A DNA stretch of 59,982 nucleotides, filler included. It is 3 parts of 3 records of this genome, joined end to end, with 100 filler letters (N's around TTAATTAATTAA, not from the genome) between each part and the next. Parts side by side here need not be neighbours in the genome. Positions count along the whole stretch, not along the records: positions 31,923 to 53,273 come from SRR20825019_137; positions 53,374 to 59,982 come from SRR20825019_155; 1 more part is not named here. One strand, written 5' to 3'. Numbering within the stretch: position 1 is the stretch's first letter; each line of letters begins with the position of its first letter. A program made the translations under genes and the position numbers. A model generated the notes under the pieces. That model searched no databases. It was not told the origin of the DNA and saw only the letters and a program-made list of their open reading frames with translations. Shown piece after piece: positions 44,002-53,613 of the stretch.

Positions 44002-44676
44002 TCAGGCAACCGAGGTTTTATGGGCAGGTGGCACCAGCATGGCGTCATCAGCCTGCATACCTGCCGCCAGGAAGGGCACAAGTCGTGCTGCAATTTCCTG
44101 GACCGTGGTTTCCACACCCAGCTTGTTCTGCAGAATATCCCGCAGGGCATCACTGCTGGACATGGTAAATGCTGTCGCACCAAGCATGAACTGAATGCGC
44201 CAGTAGCGGTCGACCGCGGACAATTGCGGCGTCGCTTCCTTGAGCAGGCGCATAAAGCGGCTGAACGGCTGGCTATATTCCTGCTCAAGAAATTTCCGAA
44301 GATGGCCTTGGGACTGCGTATAGGCCAGGCCGAGCAAACGCATGAATATGGAAATACCTTTTTCATTGCGCTGCGGCATGCGTACTGCGCTTTCAGTTAG
44401 CGCCCATAGAGTCTGGTTCAACGTTGGCGGTTCGCCGTCGCATTTCGCCTCCAGATCATCGAACGCATCCTCCAGCGTGGCGGAGAATGGCGTCAGGAAG
44501 CGGGCAAACACCGCATGGATCAGGGCGTTTTTAGAACCAAAGTGGTAATTGACAGCAGCGAGATTTACCTTAGCCTTACTGGTAATCATGCGAAGGGAAG
44601 TTTCGGAGAAACCCCGCTCGGCGAAGAGCTCTTCCGCTGCATCAAGAATTCGGTCAACCGTATCAGACTGAGCCAT
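44002..44676 (-). CDS. psrA: TetR-family regulator, PsrA-like
   Basis: MAQSDTVDRILDAAEELFAERGFSETSLRMITSKAKVNLAAVNYHFGSK; LAYTQSQGHLRKFL; matching operator upstream. Confidence 0.85.
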   Translation of the reverse strand: MAQSDTVDRILDAAEELFAERGFSETSLRMITSKAKVNLAAVNYHFGSKNALIHAVFARFLTPFSATLEDAFDDLEAKCDGEPPTLNQTLWALTESAVRMPQRNEKGISIFMRLLGLAYTQSQGHLRKFLEQEYSQPFSRFMRLLKEATPQLSAVDRYWRIQFMLGATAFTMSSSDALRDILQNKLGVETTVQEIAARLVPFLAAGMQADDAMLVPPAHKTSVA

Positions 44677-44697
44677 TTTATTATCAGTGCCTCTAAG

Positions 44698-44724
44698 CAA
44701 ACGTCTGTTTGAAACATACGTTTG
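44698..44724. promoter_or_regulatory. Two overlapping PsrA-type operators (autoregulation)
   Basis: CAAAC-gtct-GTTTG (44698-44711) and GAAAC-atac-GTTTG (44711-44724) match (C/G)AAAC-N2-4-GTTT(C/G). Confidence 0.75.
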
Positions 44725-44737
44725 ACCGGCAGCTATG

Positions 44738-45652
44738 TCAAGCTCTGTCCCCCGGCTCTGCAGCTACCGATGACCAGCCCCGGTCAATGGCCTGCTGGTG
44801 CCCCTCGAAAAAAGCCTGCTGTGCCCGGCCGTAAGCTTTCTCAGCCTCCAGAAGATAGATCAGATAAAGACGGATATGTTCCCGCCGGGTCAGGTTCCGA
44901 GCCAATACCCGCCGTTCGGATAATGCCAGCAGTTCACTGAACCGGGTCGCTTTCAGAGCCGAGTTAAACTCAGCCATACGAGCACACTGCCACACCAGCC
45001 CCTCTTTCCCTTCCAGGTGTTCAATGTGCTTGCGTGCGTCGCGAATCATCCTCTGACGGCGGATGACCAGATCCAGATACGAGGGCCGCGACGTATAAAG
45101 GCGGCGAACACCTGGCACTCCCAGTAGCAGGATGATGACAAAGGCACCAAAACCACCGCCGGCAATCCACGCTGGCACAAAGCCGGTCATACCGCTGAGA
45201 AAAACCACCGCCGCCAACAACGCACCAAACAGCCAGATGTCACGATTGCGCCGGGCCGCAGCAAGCGTGTAATTATCCGGCCAGTCAGGCAGAGCCAACA
45301 AGTCGAAATCCAGCAGCAACACACGGTCGCACTGGCGCAGCATCAAACGAAGCTTACGTTGACGCGACTCCGCCAGGGTTTTTTCGATGTTCTGAGGGCT
45401 CTCACCCGTCGACGATTCCTTAACAGACTCATCGCTCGCTGGAATGTCGTCAGTCTCAAGCCGGCCAGCAGAGGCCGTTGCACCCCGCTCGGGGCGGTTG
45501 GCAGGAACTTCAGCACCAGTAGCAGCACCGGCCACCCGCCCCGCATCACCCGTTTCCGGATGAGGGTCCGCGGGCCTCCCCCTACGCAGCAAGGGCTCTC
45601 CTCCACGCGCGGTATCGCTGGTTCTCTGACGTACGTTTTCGTTCTCTGCCAT
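44738..45652 (-). CDS. Hypothetical two-TM membrane protein with disordered N-terminus
   Basis: Long ORF; hydrophobic hairpin IWLFGALLAAVVFLSG..FGAFVIILLLG; start uncertain (45652 or 45700). Confidence 0.7.
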   Translation of the reverse strand: MAENENVRQRTSDTARGGEPLLRRGRPADPHPETGDAGRVAGAATGAEVPANRPERGATASAGRLETDDIPASDESVKESSTGESPQNIEKTLAESRQRKLRLMLRQCDRVLLLDFDLLALPDWPDNYTLAAARRNRDIWLFGALLAAVVFLSGMTGFVPAWIAGGGFGAFVIILLLGVPGVRRLYTSRPSYLDLVIRRQRMIRDARKHIEHLEGKEGLVWQCARMAEFNSALKATRFSELLALSERRVLARNLTRREHIRLYLIYLLEAEKAYGRAQQAFFEGHQQAIDRGWSSVAAEPGDRA

Positions 45653-45871
45653 GGTTGATTGTCCGTCATGGATCACCGGGCCAATAGCTGTCGTCGACAC
45701 CCTGCCCTTACCGTTTATCGGCCAACGGCCCGGATCCTTGAGTCACAGAGACATGCCTGAGCATGCCTGAGATGGTCACGATGGCTTGGCACCGACCCAC
45801 AGGATCGCTATCCTTGCGACCATCAAGTGTGGCCCTATACGGCTACAGACACCAGTCGTCGAGGTTGAGAC

Positions 45872-46486
45872 ATGTTTACAGGCATTGTTCAGGGTATTGC
45901 CATCGTTGACGAGATTTCTGCCGTGCCCGGTCTGAGCACCTTCAGCATCCGCTTTCCGGAAAATCAGGCTCACAACGTGACCATTGGTGCGTCAGTGTCC
46001 ATCGACGGCACCTGCCTGACGGTAACGCGACAGGAAGGCCAGAATCTTTATTTCGATGCCATGCAGGAAACGCTGCGCCTGACCACCCTGGGAAAGCTGA
46101 AGCCAGGGGATCGCATCAATTTCGAACGTGCGGCCAGGATAGGCGACGAAATCGGCGGGCACCTTCTCTCCGGCCACGTGCACACCACGGCCGATATCGT
46201 CGCGATCGACCGCCCCGAGAACAATTGCACCATCGAATTCGAGGTGCCGCAGGCATGGGCTCGCTATATCTTTCCCAAAGGCTACATCGCCATCAACGGC
46301 GCCAGCCTGACCATTGGCGACGTCAATGAACATCGTTTCAACGTTCACCTGATCCCCGAAACCCTGCGGGCAACCACCTTTGCCGATATGACGGTCGGCG
46401 ACCGGGTTAACATCGAGATCGACAGTCAGACCCAGACCATCGTCGATACGCTGGCACGCATGGGTTACGACCGGCCACCCTCCTGA
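45872..46486 (+). CDS. ribC: Riboflavin synthase (alpha chain)
   Basis: MFTGIVQG start, GASVSIDGTCLTV, GGHLLSGHV, KGYIAINGASLT, VNIEID. Confidence 0.95.
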   Translation: MFTGIVQGIAIVDEISAVPGLSTFSIRFPENQAHNVTIGASVSIDGTCLTVTRQEGQNLYFDAMQETLRLTTLGKLKPGDRINFERAARIGDEIGGHLLSGHVHTTADIVAIDRPENNCTIEFEVPQAWARYIFPKGYIAINGASLTIGDVNEHRFNVHLIPETLRATTFADMTVGDRVNIEIDSQTQTIVDTLARMGYDRPPS

Positions 46487-47628
46487 ACAGAGGCTTCGAA
46501 CACCACAAACTTTGGGTCTGCATCGAGTTGTCGCACCTGGCCAAAGTAGTGACGGAGACTGCGATGATAACCCAGGTGCCGATTCCCCACCAGCAACATA
46601 CATCCGCCAGGGGACAGGTGCCGAGCCACCTGACTGAAGAGACGAAGGGCGATATGGTCACCGACCACACCGCCTTCATGAAATGGCGGGTTTAACAGCA
46701 CCAGATCATAACGGTCAGCCGCCTCCGGAATACCATCACTGTGGTAAAAGCTCGCGACAGCGTCCGGGAAAGCCGTCAGGATATTTTGACGTGCGCTGGC
46801 AACCGCCTGACTGGAAACGTCCGCGAACGCAATCTCAAGCGCCGGATTGCGGGCCAGGGCCGTCAGCCCAAGCACACCGTTTCCGCAAGCCAGATCCAGT
46901 ACCCGTACTCCAGGGGCGAGATCCGCAATCTTCCGCTCAATGACCGGCAGCAGCAACCGCGAACCGATATCCAGCTTTGCTCTGGCGAACACCGCTGGCA
47001 TACCCGATAGCTCGTACCGGGACGACAACCTGTATCCCCGCCAGAAATCCGGCCACTCCCGCAACGTATCCTCACCCCGGGCGGCAACCACCACCCTCGC
47101 TTTTTTGCGCGCGGGACAGACTTCCCGGGTGTTGACCAGTTCCCCAAACACATCAGCGCTGTGTGACGGCAGGTGCTTGATCATGCCACCGGCAATCAGC
47201 TTGCCTTCGGGTGACAGAACGCTGTTCACCCACCGCAACAGGCACGCCAGGTAGTCCAGTTGCCGGGGAATCCTCATAACAACAAGATCGAAGGGCCCTT
47301 CCGGCAGCTCCAGCCAGCTCTTTGGTGCCGGAATAGACAGATCGGCCGGAGCATTAATAACCAGGGATTCAGAGAGGAGACAGCTATCGGCAAAGGAAAC
47401 AGGGAAGAAAGGCGCCAGACCCAGGGTCAAAGCCCCAAACTGGTCGTCAATGATCAACACCCGCGGGTGGCTCTGCGGCGTGCAACGCCCCAGAACCTGC
47501 TCCAGCAACTGCTCATCAGCGGCGTCCCAGGCCCGAAGGGTGTGGCCTCCACCGGGGCGTTTCAGGGGCAAGCGCCCGCCACTGAATGTTAGAACCTCAC
47601 TTGTCATTTTAGGCATCCGCATCGTCAT
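46465..47628 (-). CDS. RlmG-like class I SAM-dependent rRNA methyltransferase
   Basis: LRAWDAADE, DDQFGALT, VF...KLDIGSR, VLDLACGNG, LLNPPFH, LVGNRHLGY. Confidence 0.85.
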   Translation of the reverse strand: MTMRMPKMTSEVLTFSGGRLPLKRPGGGHTLRAWDAADEQLLEQVLGRCTPQSHPRVLIIDDQFGALTLGLAPFFPVSFADSCLLSESLVINAPADLSIPAPKSWLELPEGPFDLVVMRIPRQLDYLACLLRWVNSVLSPEGKLIAGGMIKHLPSHSADVFGELVNTREVCPARKKARVVVAARGEDTLREWPDFWRGYRLSSRYELSGMPAVFARAKLDIGSRLLLPVIERKIADLAPGVRVLDLACGNGVLGLTALARNPALEIAFADVSSQAVASARQNILTAFPDAVASFYHSDGIPEAADRYDLVLLNPPFHEGGVVGDHIALRLFSQVARHLSPGGCMLLVGNRHLGYHRSLRHYFGQVRQLDADPKFVVFEASVQEGGRS

Positions 47629-47669
47629 TCAGAAAACTGCGGACATTCTAGGCTGATTACTCTAGAAAT

Positions 47670-47754
47670 TAACCCTACTCTGAAAGAACGATTTCAGGTT
47701 GCTCCGTTTGTTGTGGTAGCAAACCTTCTTGCCCCTCACCCCAGGGGCTTTTTT
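47670..47754 (+). ncRNA. Candidate intergenic small RNA ending in an intrinsic terminator
   Basis: Hairpins CTGAAA/TTTCAG and TTGCT.CC/GG.AGCAA, then GCCCCT/AGGGGC+T6 on the + strand; both flanking genes are on the - strand; 5' end uncertain. Confidence 0.5.
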
Positions 47755-47771
47755 ATGCCCGAAAAAAACCG

Positions 47772-48623
47772 CTATTTTGGCGTCGCATTGATGCTTTCGA
47801 TAAACGCAGGCGACAGAACGTCGATGACGGGGCGCTGGCCGCCGCTGAACTCAGGGGCGGGCTGTGCAGGCTCCGAAGCAAGGATGCCCGGCTGTTCGGA
47901 CCAGTGCAGGATATCCAGCTTACCATCGTGCCTCTCCACCAGCGCCGTACAGTGTTCCACCCAGTCACCGTCGTTGCAGTAGAGTCCTTCCTGACTGCGC
48001 AGAAAGCCAGCGGAGTGGATGTGACCACATATAAAACCGTCATAGTGTCCGCGTTCTGCCGCCGTCAGAGCAGCCAGTTCGAAGCGTCGAATGAATGACC
48101 GCGCCTTGCCGATACGGCTTTTGACCCAGGCCGCCAGGGACCAGTATGGCTTGCGGCGTAAGCGCCGCCAGGCATTGAACCAGCGGTTCAGGCGCAGCAG
48201 AAGGCCATGAGCCCTATCGCCTACCAGCAGCATCAAGGGGCTGCAGCGCACCACCTGATCAAACTGGTCGCCATGGCAGACCACGAACCGGCGACCGTCC
48301 GCCGTCGTGTGAATGGCTTTTTGCTTCAACTCGATACCTGCCAACGTCTGGCCGCAGAAGTGCCGCAGAAATTCATCGTGATTGCCAGGCACATAAACCA
48401 CCCGCGTGCCGGCAGCGGCAATAGCCATAAACCGCCTCACAACCGCCTGATGGCTTTCCGGGAAGTGCACCCGCCGTTGCATAGCGATCAGATCAACGAT
48501 ATCCCCGACCAGGTACAGGGTCTCGCAGCTGACGTTGTCGAGAAAATCCAGAAGGTAGTCCGCCTGACAATCGGCGGATCCCAGGTGAACATCGGAAATG
48601 AAAACGCTCCGGTACTGATGCAT
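47772..48623 (-). CDS. UDP-2,3-diacylglucosamine diphosphatase-like metallophosphoesterase
   Basis: FISDVHLG, LVGDIVD, PGNHD, CHGDQFD, CGHIH, YCNDGDWVE. Confidence 0.88.
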   Translation of the reverse strand: MHQYRSVFISDVHLGSADCQADYLLDFLDNVSCETLYLVGDIVDLIAMQRRVHFPESHQAVVRRFMAIAAAGTRVVYVPGNHDEFLRHFCGQTLAGIELKQKAIHTTADGRRFVVCHGDQFDQVVRCSPLMLLVGDRAHGLLLRLNRWFNAWRRLRRKPYWSLAAWVKSRIGKARSFIRRFELAALTAAERGHYDGFICGHIHSAGFLRSQEGLYCNDGDWVEHCTALVERHDGKLDILHWSEQPGILASEPAQPAPEFSGGQRPVIDVLSPAFIESINATPK

Positions 48624-48705
48624 CGGCTTCCCCCACCGGCCTGCTCAAGGATTATTCATACCTTGTCCGATGGCAATGACGACCGTATGACAGCCAGACG
48701 ACAAT

Positions 48706-49752
48706 TCAGTGACGGCGGGCGCTCCACACCGTGAAGCGTCGGTCGCCGGCGATCGTCTTGACCGGCCCGACGTGACGACGGATCAGTGCTTCATAGGGAA
48801 GAAACGTGTTCGCCACCAGGCGCAACTCACCGCCGGGCTCCAGGTGCTTTGCCACACCCTGCAGGAACCGCTCAGTCATGGATGTATCGGTACGGATACC
48901 GGTATGGAATGGCGGATTAGTGACAACTGCAGCGTAGCGGCCGTCGACGCCGGACAACCCGTCGGAGGCGTGAATCAAGCCATCCACGCCCGCCTCCCGG
49001 TAGGTCGCACGAGCACAGGCAACGGCCTGGAACTGCACGTCTACGCCGTCGACCGGAAAAACGCCCTGCTCCGTGGCTCGTTGGTGCAACTGCAACCAGG
49101 TGCCGATAACACCTGCGCCGCAGGCAAAATCCAGCACGGGTCCTTTTTCCAGCGGTGAGTCAGCAAGGGTTTGCAACAGCATGGCGGTACCATCATCCAG
49201 CTCACCGTCACTGAATATACCCGGCAAGCCGGCCATCCTGAAGCCAACTCCCTCGCACTCAACCGGATGCCACTGAAGCCAACGTTGAAGGTCAAACACT
49301 GGGCGCCTGGGCAGGCTATCGGCTTGCCAGACCTGGCAGTGGCGGGCACTGTCTGCCTTCGATGCTTGCGGTGCAAGCTCCTTCAGCTGCTTCACAGCGC
49401 CTGCAATACCCTCTTTCTTTTCGCCCACCAAAACCAGTCGAGCACCTTCGGCCGCCAGCCAAAGTGCCAACTCAAGCCTTACCGACAACTCAACTCGGGC
49501 CTTGGGGAGGAACACCACCAGGGTATCGGCCATGCCCGATGACAACTCCGGCGCATCATAGCCAAAAGCCGCCGTCCAGCCACTGACGGCCAGCAGTTGT
49601 TGGTAATTGCCAAAGTGTTCGGAAATCGTCAGTCCCCGGTCCGGCAACCGGGGAAGCAACGCGGGATCGACCATGCCAATAATGGCCAGGCGACCACGCA
49701 ACAGATTCTGGTTCTTGAGCAGGACTTCGTGGGAATTAGGCAGTGCAGACAT
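48706..49752 (-). CDS. rsmC: 16S rRNA m2G1207 methyltransferase-like (RsmC family)
   Basis: VFLPKA, LVGEKKEGI, DSARHC, LPGIFS.GELDDGT, VLDFACGAG, TNPPFH, LRLVAN.FLPY. Confidence 0.85.
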   Translation of the reverse strand: MSALPNSHEVLLKNQNLLRGRLAIIGMVDPALLPRLPDRGLTISEHFGNYQQLLAVSGWTAAFGYDAPELSSGMADTLVVFLPKARVELSVRLELALWLAAEGARLVLVGEKKEGIAGAVKQLKELAPQASKADSARHCQVWQADSLPRRPVFDLQRWLQWHPVECEGVGFRMAGLPGIFSDGELDDGTAMLLQTLADSPLEKGPVLDFACGAGVIGTWLQLHQRATEQGVFPVDGVDVQFQAVACARATYREAGVDGLIHASDGLSGVDGRYAAVVTNPPFHTGIRTDTSMTERFLQGVAKHLEPGGELRLVANTFLPYEALIRRHVGPVKTIAGDRRFTVWSARRH

Positions 49753-49859
49753 TGATCAGCGTATCCCGGCGTTCGTATCAGGCGGGATACTCTAACCGGA
49801 ATTGAGCCCTGAGTCTTGGCCCGGGCGGTCAGAAACCGGCAGATTACAACTCCGGCCTC

Positions 49860-50033
49860 CTACTTGTACCGGGCAACCGTGTTGGCTCGCAAAGCGTCTT
49901 CTGGCGACATACCCCAATCTTCCACTGATTCCGGCTGCGGCGTCGTTTCACTGGTGCGGCGACGAGCCTGGGTGGACTGCGTCGTTTTGCGCTGACTCAT
50001 GGCACTGAGCGCTTTTTGAACGATCTCTCGCAT
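49860..50033 (-). CDS. Small 57-aa hypothetical protein (below the ORF-track cutoff)
   Basis: MREIVQKALSAMSQRKTTQSTQARRRTSETTPQPESVEDWGMSPEDALRANTVARYK*, preceded by CAGGAGG 6 nt upstream of ATG. Confidence 0.6.
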   Translation of the reverse strand: MREIVQKALSAMSQRKTTQSTQARRRTSETTPQPESVEDWGMSPEDALRANTVARYK

Positions 50034-50157
50034 GGTTAACCTCCTGATATGTTACGAATTCAGTGTAACAATCCTTCAGGAGGTTAACTGTGATGACGTG
50101 CCGGGTCAGAAAGTGACGCCTGTCACGAATAATTGACACAATTTGACATTTTTTGCG

Positions 50158-50835
50158 TCAATTTTTATGGCGACCTGCACGGACCGGCCTCAACACCAGT
50201 TCATCAATGCTGTTTTGTTTGACGGCCTCGTGATCGGCCTCGGAGCTAATGGACAGCCCCATATCCCGAAGGATGCCGTCGGCCACGTCGTAGACGAATC
50301 CGTGCACGGTCAACGCCTGCCCACGACGCCAGGCCTCCTGCACAATGTTGTTTTGACAGACATGGCCAACCTGCTCCACCACGTTCAACTCGCACAGGCG
50401 GTCCACGCGGTCCTGATCGGTCGCCAGGCCATCAAGAATGCCCTGGTGTTTGTCTCGAACGTCCTGAACATGCCGCAGCCAGTTCGAAATCACGCCAAAG
50501 CCCTCATTGTTCAGGGCCGCCTTAACTCCCCCGCAGCCATAATGACCAACGACGAGGACATGCTTGACCTTAAGCACGTCAACGGCGAACTGAAGTACCG
50601 ACAGGCAATTGAAGTCTGTGTGTACCACCACATTGGCCACGTTTCGGTGCACAAACAGCTCACCAGGCATCAGGTCAACAATCTGATTGGCCGGTACCCG
50701 ACTGTCCGCGCAGCCAATCCAGAGGTACTCTGGTGCCTGCTGGTTGGACAGGCGGTCAAAAAACTGAGGGTCTTGGCTCTTGATGCCATCGGCCCAGGCC
50801 TTGTTATTGTCCAGCAAATGATCAAGCTGCCCCAT
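50158..50835 (-). CDS. can: Beta-class carbonic anhydrase
   Basis: WIGCADSRVP, GELFVHRNVAN, VGHYGCGGV; GGAGG RBS. Confidence 0.95.
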   Translation of the reverse strand: MGQLDHLLDNNKAWADGIKSQDPQFFDRLSNQQAPEYLWIGCADSRVPANQIVDLMPGELFVHRNVANVVVHTDFNCLSVLQFAVDVLKVKHVLVVGHYGCGGVKAALNNEGFGVISNWLRHVQDVRDKHQGILDGLATDQDRVDRLCELNVVEQVGHVCQNNIVQEAWRRGQALTVHGFVYDVADGILRDMGLSISSEADHEAVKQNSIDELVLRPVRAGRHKN

Positions 50836-50900
50836 CAAACCTCCTCCTAATGATCAACATTGCCCAGAATTGAACGGCAATCCGCGACATAAATCAATCA

Positions 50901-53273
50901 TCAACTGGTCTGAGTCAGGTCGGAGTCGTGATGTTCGTGCATGGTGCTCTGAGCCAGATCCAGTAGCTCTCGCAACGCCACGGAAAACATCGCATATTCC
51001 GGTTCACGCACCCCTTTGAGTTCCGTCAGCATGGACTTCCAGCGGCTTATCATGGTGCTGTGCCGCGCCATCCAGTTATCAACAGCACCGCTGACATCCC
51101 CAGGCTTTGCAGCCAGCCTGAGTACACCCGTGGTCAACGCCCTCTGTTGCCAATCCAGGTCCTCACGGAAACTCTCCCTCGCAAGGGCCTGCCAGTGAGA
51201 CGCGGGCACCAGGGCTGCAATGGCGTTGGCAAACCAGTTCAGATCCAGCTTGTCGCCGAGATCGTAATAGAGGTTGGCGACGGTTTTCAGAGGCATGCCC
51301 GTTGCCTCGCGGGCCTCGATGATGCCGAGAGACGAATAGAGGTAGCTGGTACCTGCCGCCACAGAGGCCAGATCTTCCGGCAAGCCAGACTCGACCAGTT
51401 CGTCATGGCGTTTTTTCCAATCAGCACAGGCCTGTTCGCCGAGATAATCCGGCAGGTCGGCCGTGATCTTCCAGACGCTGTCGGCGAAACGCTCCATATG
51501 GCTCTGAATACCCAGTTCTGCCCGGCGGTTGCGCAGCAGCCAGCGAACAGCTCGGCGAATCAGTCGCATCAGGTCACCCATCAGATCCATCTGAACCTTG
51601 GCCGGGATAAAGTAATCCAGGTATTCCACCTTGTCCCACCAAGTGTCCAGCCGGAAGACATCACGAGCGATGATCCAGGCCAACGCAATCGACGCCGCGT
51701 CGGCCCCGGTTGACTGCTTCAACCGCTCCACGAAGGTGATCCCCATGTGGTTGACCATGTCGTTGGCAATCTGCGTCGCAATGATCTCACGGCGCAATTG
51801 GTGCTCACCCAGCTCTTTGGAGAACTTGCGGGTCAGGTCCTGAGGAAACACCTTGTACATTTCCCCAGCCAACAGGGGCTCATCCGGCAAACTGCTGTCG
51901 ATCAGGGTCTGCTTCAGATCCCCCTTGACGTAGGAAATCAGCACGGACAGTTCCGGACGGGTTAACCCTTTCTTGTCCAGCTTACGCTCGGACAGGGTTT
52001 CGTCGTCAGGCAGGAATTCCAGACTGCGATTCAGCTTGCCCTCGCTTTCCATGGTGTTCATCAGCCGGCGGTATTCTTCGAGCCGGGTAATGGCCCCCAC
52101 ACTGGCAATACTGATGGCCTGGGTCTGCCGATAATTGTTCTTGAGCACCAGGGCGGCCACATCATCCGTCATTTCCTCCAGCATGATGTTGCGCTGTTTA
52201 TCCGTTAGATCACCCATCGCAACCGCCTGGTTCAGGAGGATCTTCATGTTCACTTCGTGGTCGGAGCAATCCACACCGCCGGAGTTGTCGATGAAGTCGG
52301 TATTGAGCCGGCCGCCGCGTAGCGCGAACTCGATACGCCCGAACTGCGTCAGGCCCAGGTTCCCACCTTCGCCCACAATCTTGCAGCGCAGCTCAGAACC
52401 GTTGATACGAACCGCATCGTTGGCCTTGTCCCCAACGTCCCCGTGGGACTCGCCCTGACCCTTGACGTAGGTTCCAATGCCACCCACCCAAAGCAGGTCA
52501 GCCTGGGCCTTCAGAATGTGGGTAATCAACATGTTGGGCGGCACCCGGTCGGATTTAATCCCCAGTAGTTTCTTCATTTCCGGGCTGACTGGAATGGATT
52601 TGGCGCTGCGATTAAAGATGCCACCACCTTTGGAAATCAGGCTGGTGTCGTAATCAGTCCAGGACGAGCGTGGTAGCTCGAACAAACGCTTACGCTCTTT
52701 GTAGCTTTTCGCCGCGTCCGGAGCCGGATCGATAAAAATATGCACATGGTTGAAGGCGGCGACCAACTTTGTCTTTTCCGATGAAAGCAGGCCGTTGCCG
52801 AACACGTCTCCCGCCATATCACCGATACCGATGGCGGTGAACTCATCCAGGGCCGGGTTGATGCCCAGCTCGCGGAAATGGCGTTCCACGGACACCCAGG
52901 CACCACGGGCGGTTATGCCCATTTTCTTGTGGTCATAACCGTTGCTGCCACCGGAGGCAAAAGCATCCCCCATCCAGAAGCCATACTCTGCCGCCAGACC
53001 ATTGGCGATGTCCGAGAAGGTTGCAGTCCCCTTGTCCGCAGCCACAACCAGGTAATGGTCATCCTCATCGTGACGAATCACCGACGCTGGCGGCTGGATA
53101 CCGGCGTCCACCAGGTTGTCGGTAATGTCCAGCAGGCCACGGATGAACGTTTTATAGGCCTCGATGCCCTCGGCCTGGAAGGCCTCGCGATCCGACATGT
53201 CCGGAAGGCGTTTGGCCACGAAACCGCCCTTGGCACCGACTGGCACGATCACCGCGTTCTTGACCTGCTGGGC
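50901..53273 (-). CDS. gdhB: Large NAD-specific glutamate dehydrogenase, C-terminal part (5' truncated by contig end)
   Basis: AQQVKNAVIVPVGAKGGF, YLVVAADKGTATFSD, GYDHKKMGITARGAW, GIGDMAGDVFGNG, NTDFIDNSGGVDCSDHEVN. Confidence 0.95.
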   Translation of the reverse strand, partial: AQQVKNAVIVPVGAKGGFVAKRLPDMSDREAFQAEGIEAYKTFIRGLLDITDNLVDAGIQPPASVIRHDEDDHYLVVAADKGTATFSDIANGLAAEYGFWMGDAFASGGSNGYDHKKMGITARGAWVSVERHFRELGINPALDEFTAIGIGDMAGDVFGNGLLSSEKTKLVAAFNHVHIFIDPAPDAAKSYKERKRLFELPRSSWTDYDTSLISKGGGIFNRSAKSIPVSPEMKKLLGIKSDRVPPNMLITHILKAQADLLWVGGIGTYVKGQGESHGDVGDKANDAVRINGSELRCKIVGEGGNLGLTQFGRIEFALRGGRLNTDFIDNSGGVDCSDHEVNMKILLNQAVAMGDLTDKQRNIMLEEMTDDVAALVLKNNYRQTQAISIASVGAITRLEEYRRLMNTMESEGKLNRSLEFLPDDETLSERKLDKKGLTRPELSVLISYVKGDLKQTLIDSSLPDEPLLAGEMYKVFPQDLTRKFSKELGEHQLRREIIATQIANDMVNHMGITFVERLKQSTGADAASIALAWIIARDVFRLDTWWDKVEYLDYFIPAKVQMDLMGDLMRLIRRAVRWLLRNRRAELGIQSHMERFADSVWKITADLPDYLGEQACADWKKRHDELVESGLPEDLASVAAGTSYLYSSLGIIEAREATGMPLKTVANLYYDLGDKLDLNWFANAIAALVPASHWQALARESFREDLDWQQRALTTGVLRLAAKPGDVSGAVDNWMARHSTMISRWKSMLTELKGVREPEYAMFSVALRELLDLAQSTMHEHHDSDLTQTS

Positions 53274-53373
53274 NNNNNNNNNNNNNNNNNNNNNNNNNNN
53301 NNNNNNNNNNNNNNNNNTTAATTAATTAANNNNNNNNNNNNNNNNNNNNNNNNNNNNNNNNNNNNNNNNNNNN
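53274..53373. other. Artificial contig spacer (N run with TTAATTAATTAA stop linker)
   Basis: 100 nt of N with the linker at 53318-53329. Confidence 0.98.
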
Positions 53374-53613
53374 TCCAATGACGCCCGAGTCCAGATAAGC
53401 ACCGGAATTCGCCATGGACGCACGGCAGGTGGTCCCGTCCGCCGCCCTGATCTCGTCAAAGCCGTTGGGCATCACAACCCCCGGCAGCGTAACACCGGTC
53501 TGGTTCTGATTGACGATATACTGGTCGCTGTCCCCGTACACGGTGGATGCGCTCAGAAACAGGAGCGCTAAGGCCCCTGTCAATCGATACGATAAGCTAT
53601 GAAACGTCCGCAT
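53374..53613 (-). CDS. Secreted hypothetical protein (3' truncated), third gene of a fimbria-like module
   Basis: Signal peptide ..ALALLFLSASTVYG; DEIRAADGTTCRASM..YLDSGVIG; overlaps the upstream gene. Confidence 0.65.

Noticed and set aside
45700-45871. FMN riboswitch upstream of riboflavin synthase; CATGCCTGAG tandem at 45752-45771
   Set aside because: No RFN consensus motifs; the 10-nt duplication alone does not support a regulatory call
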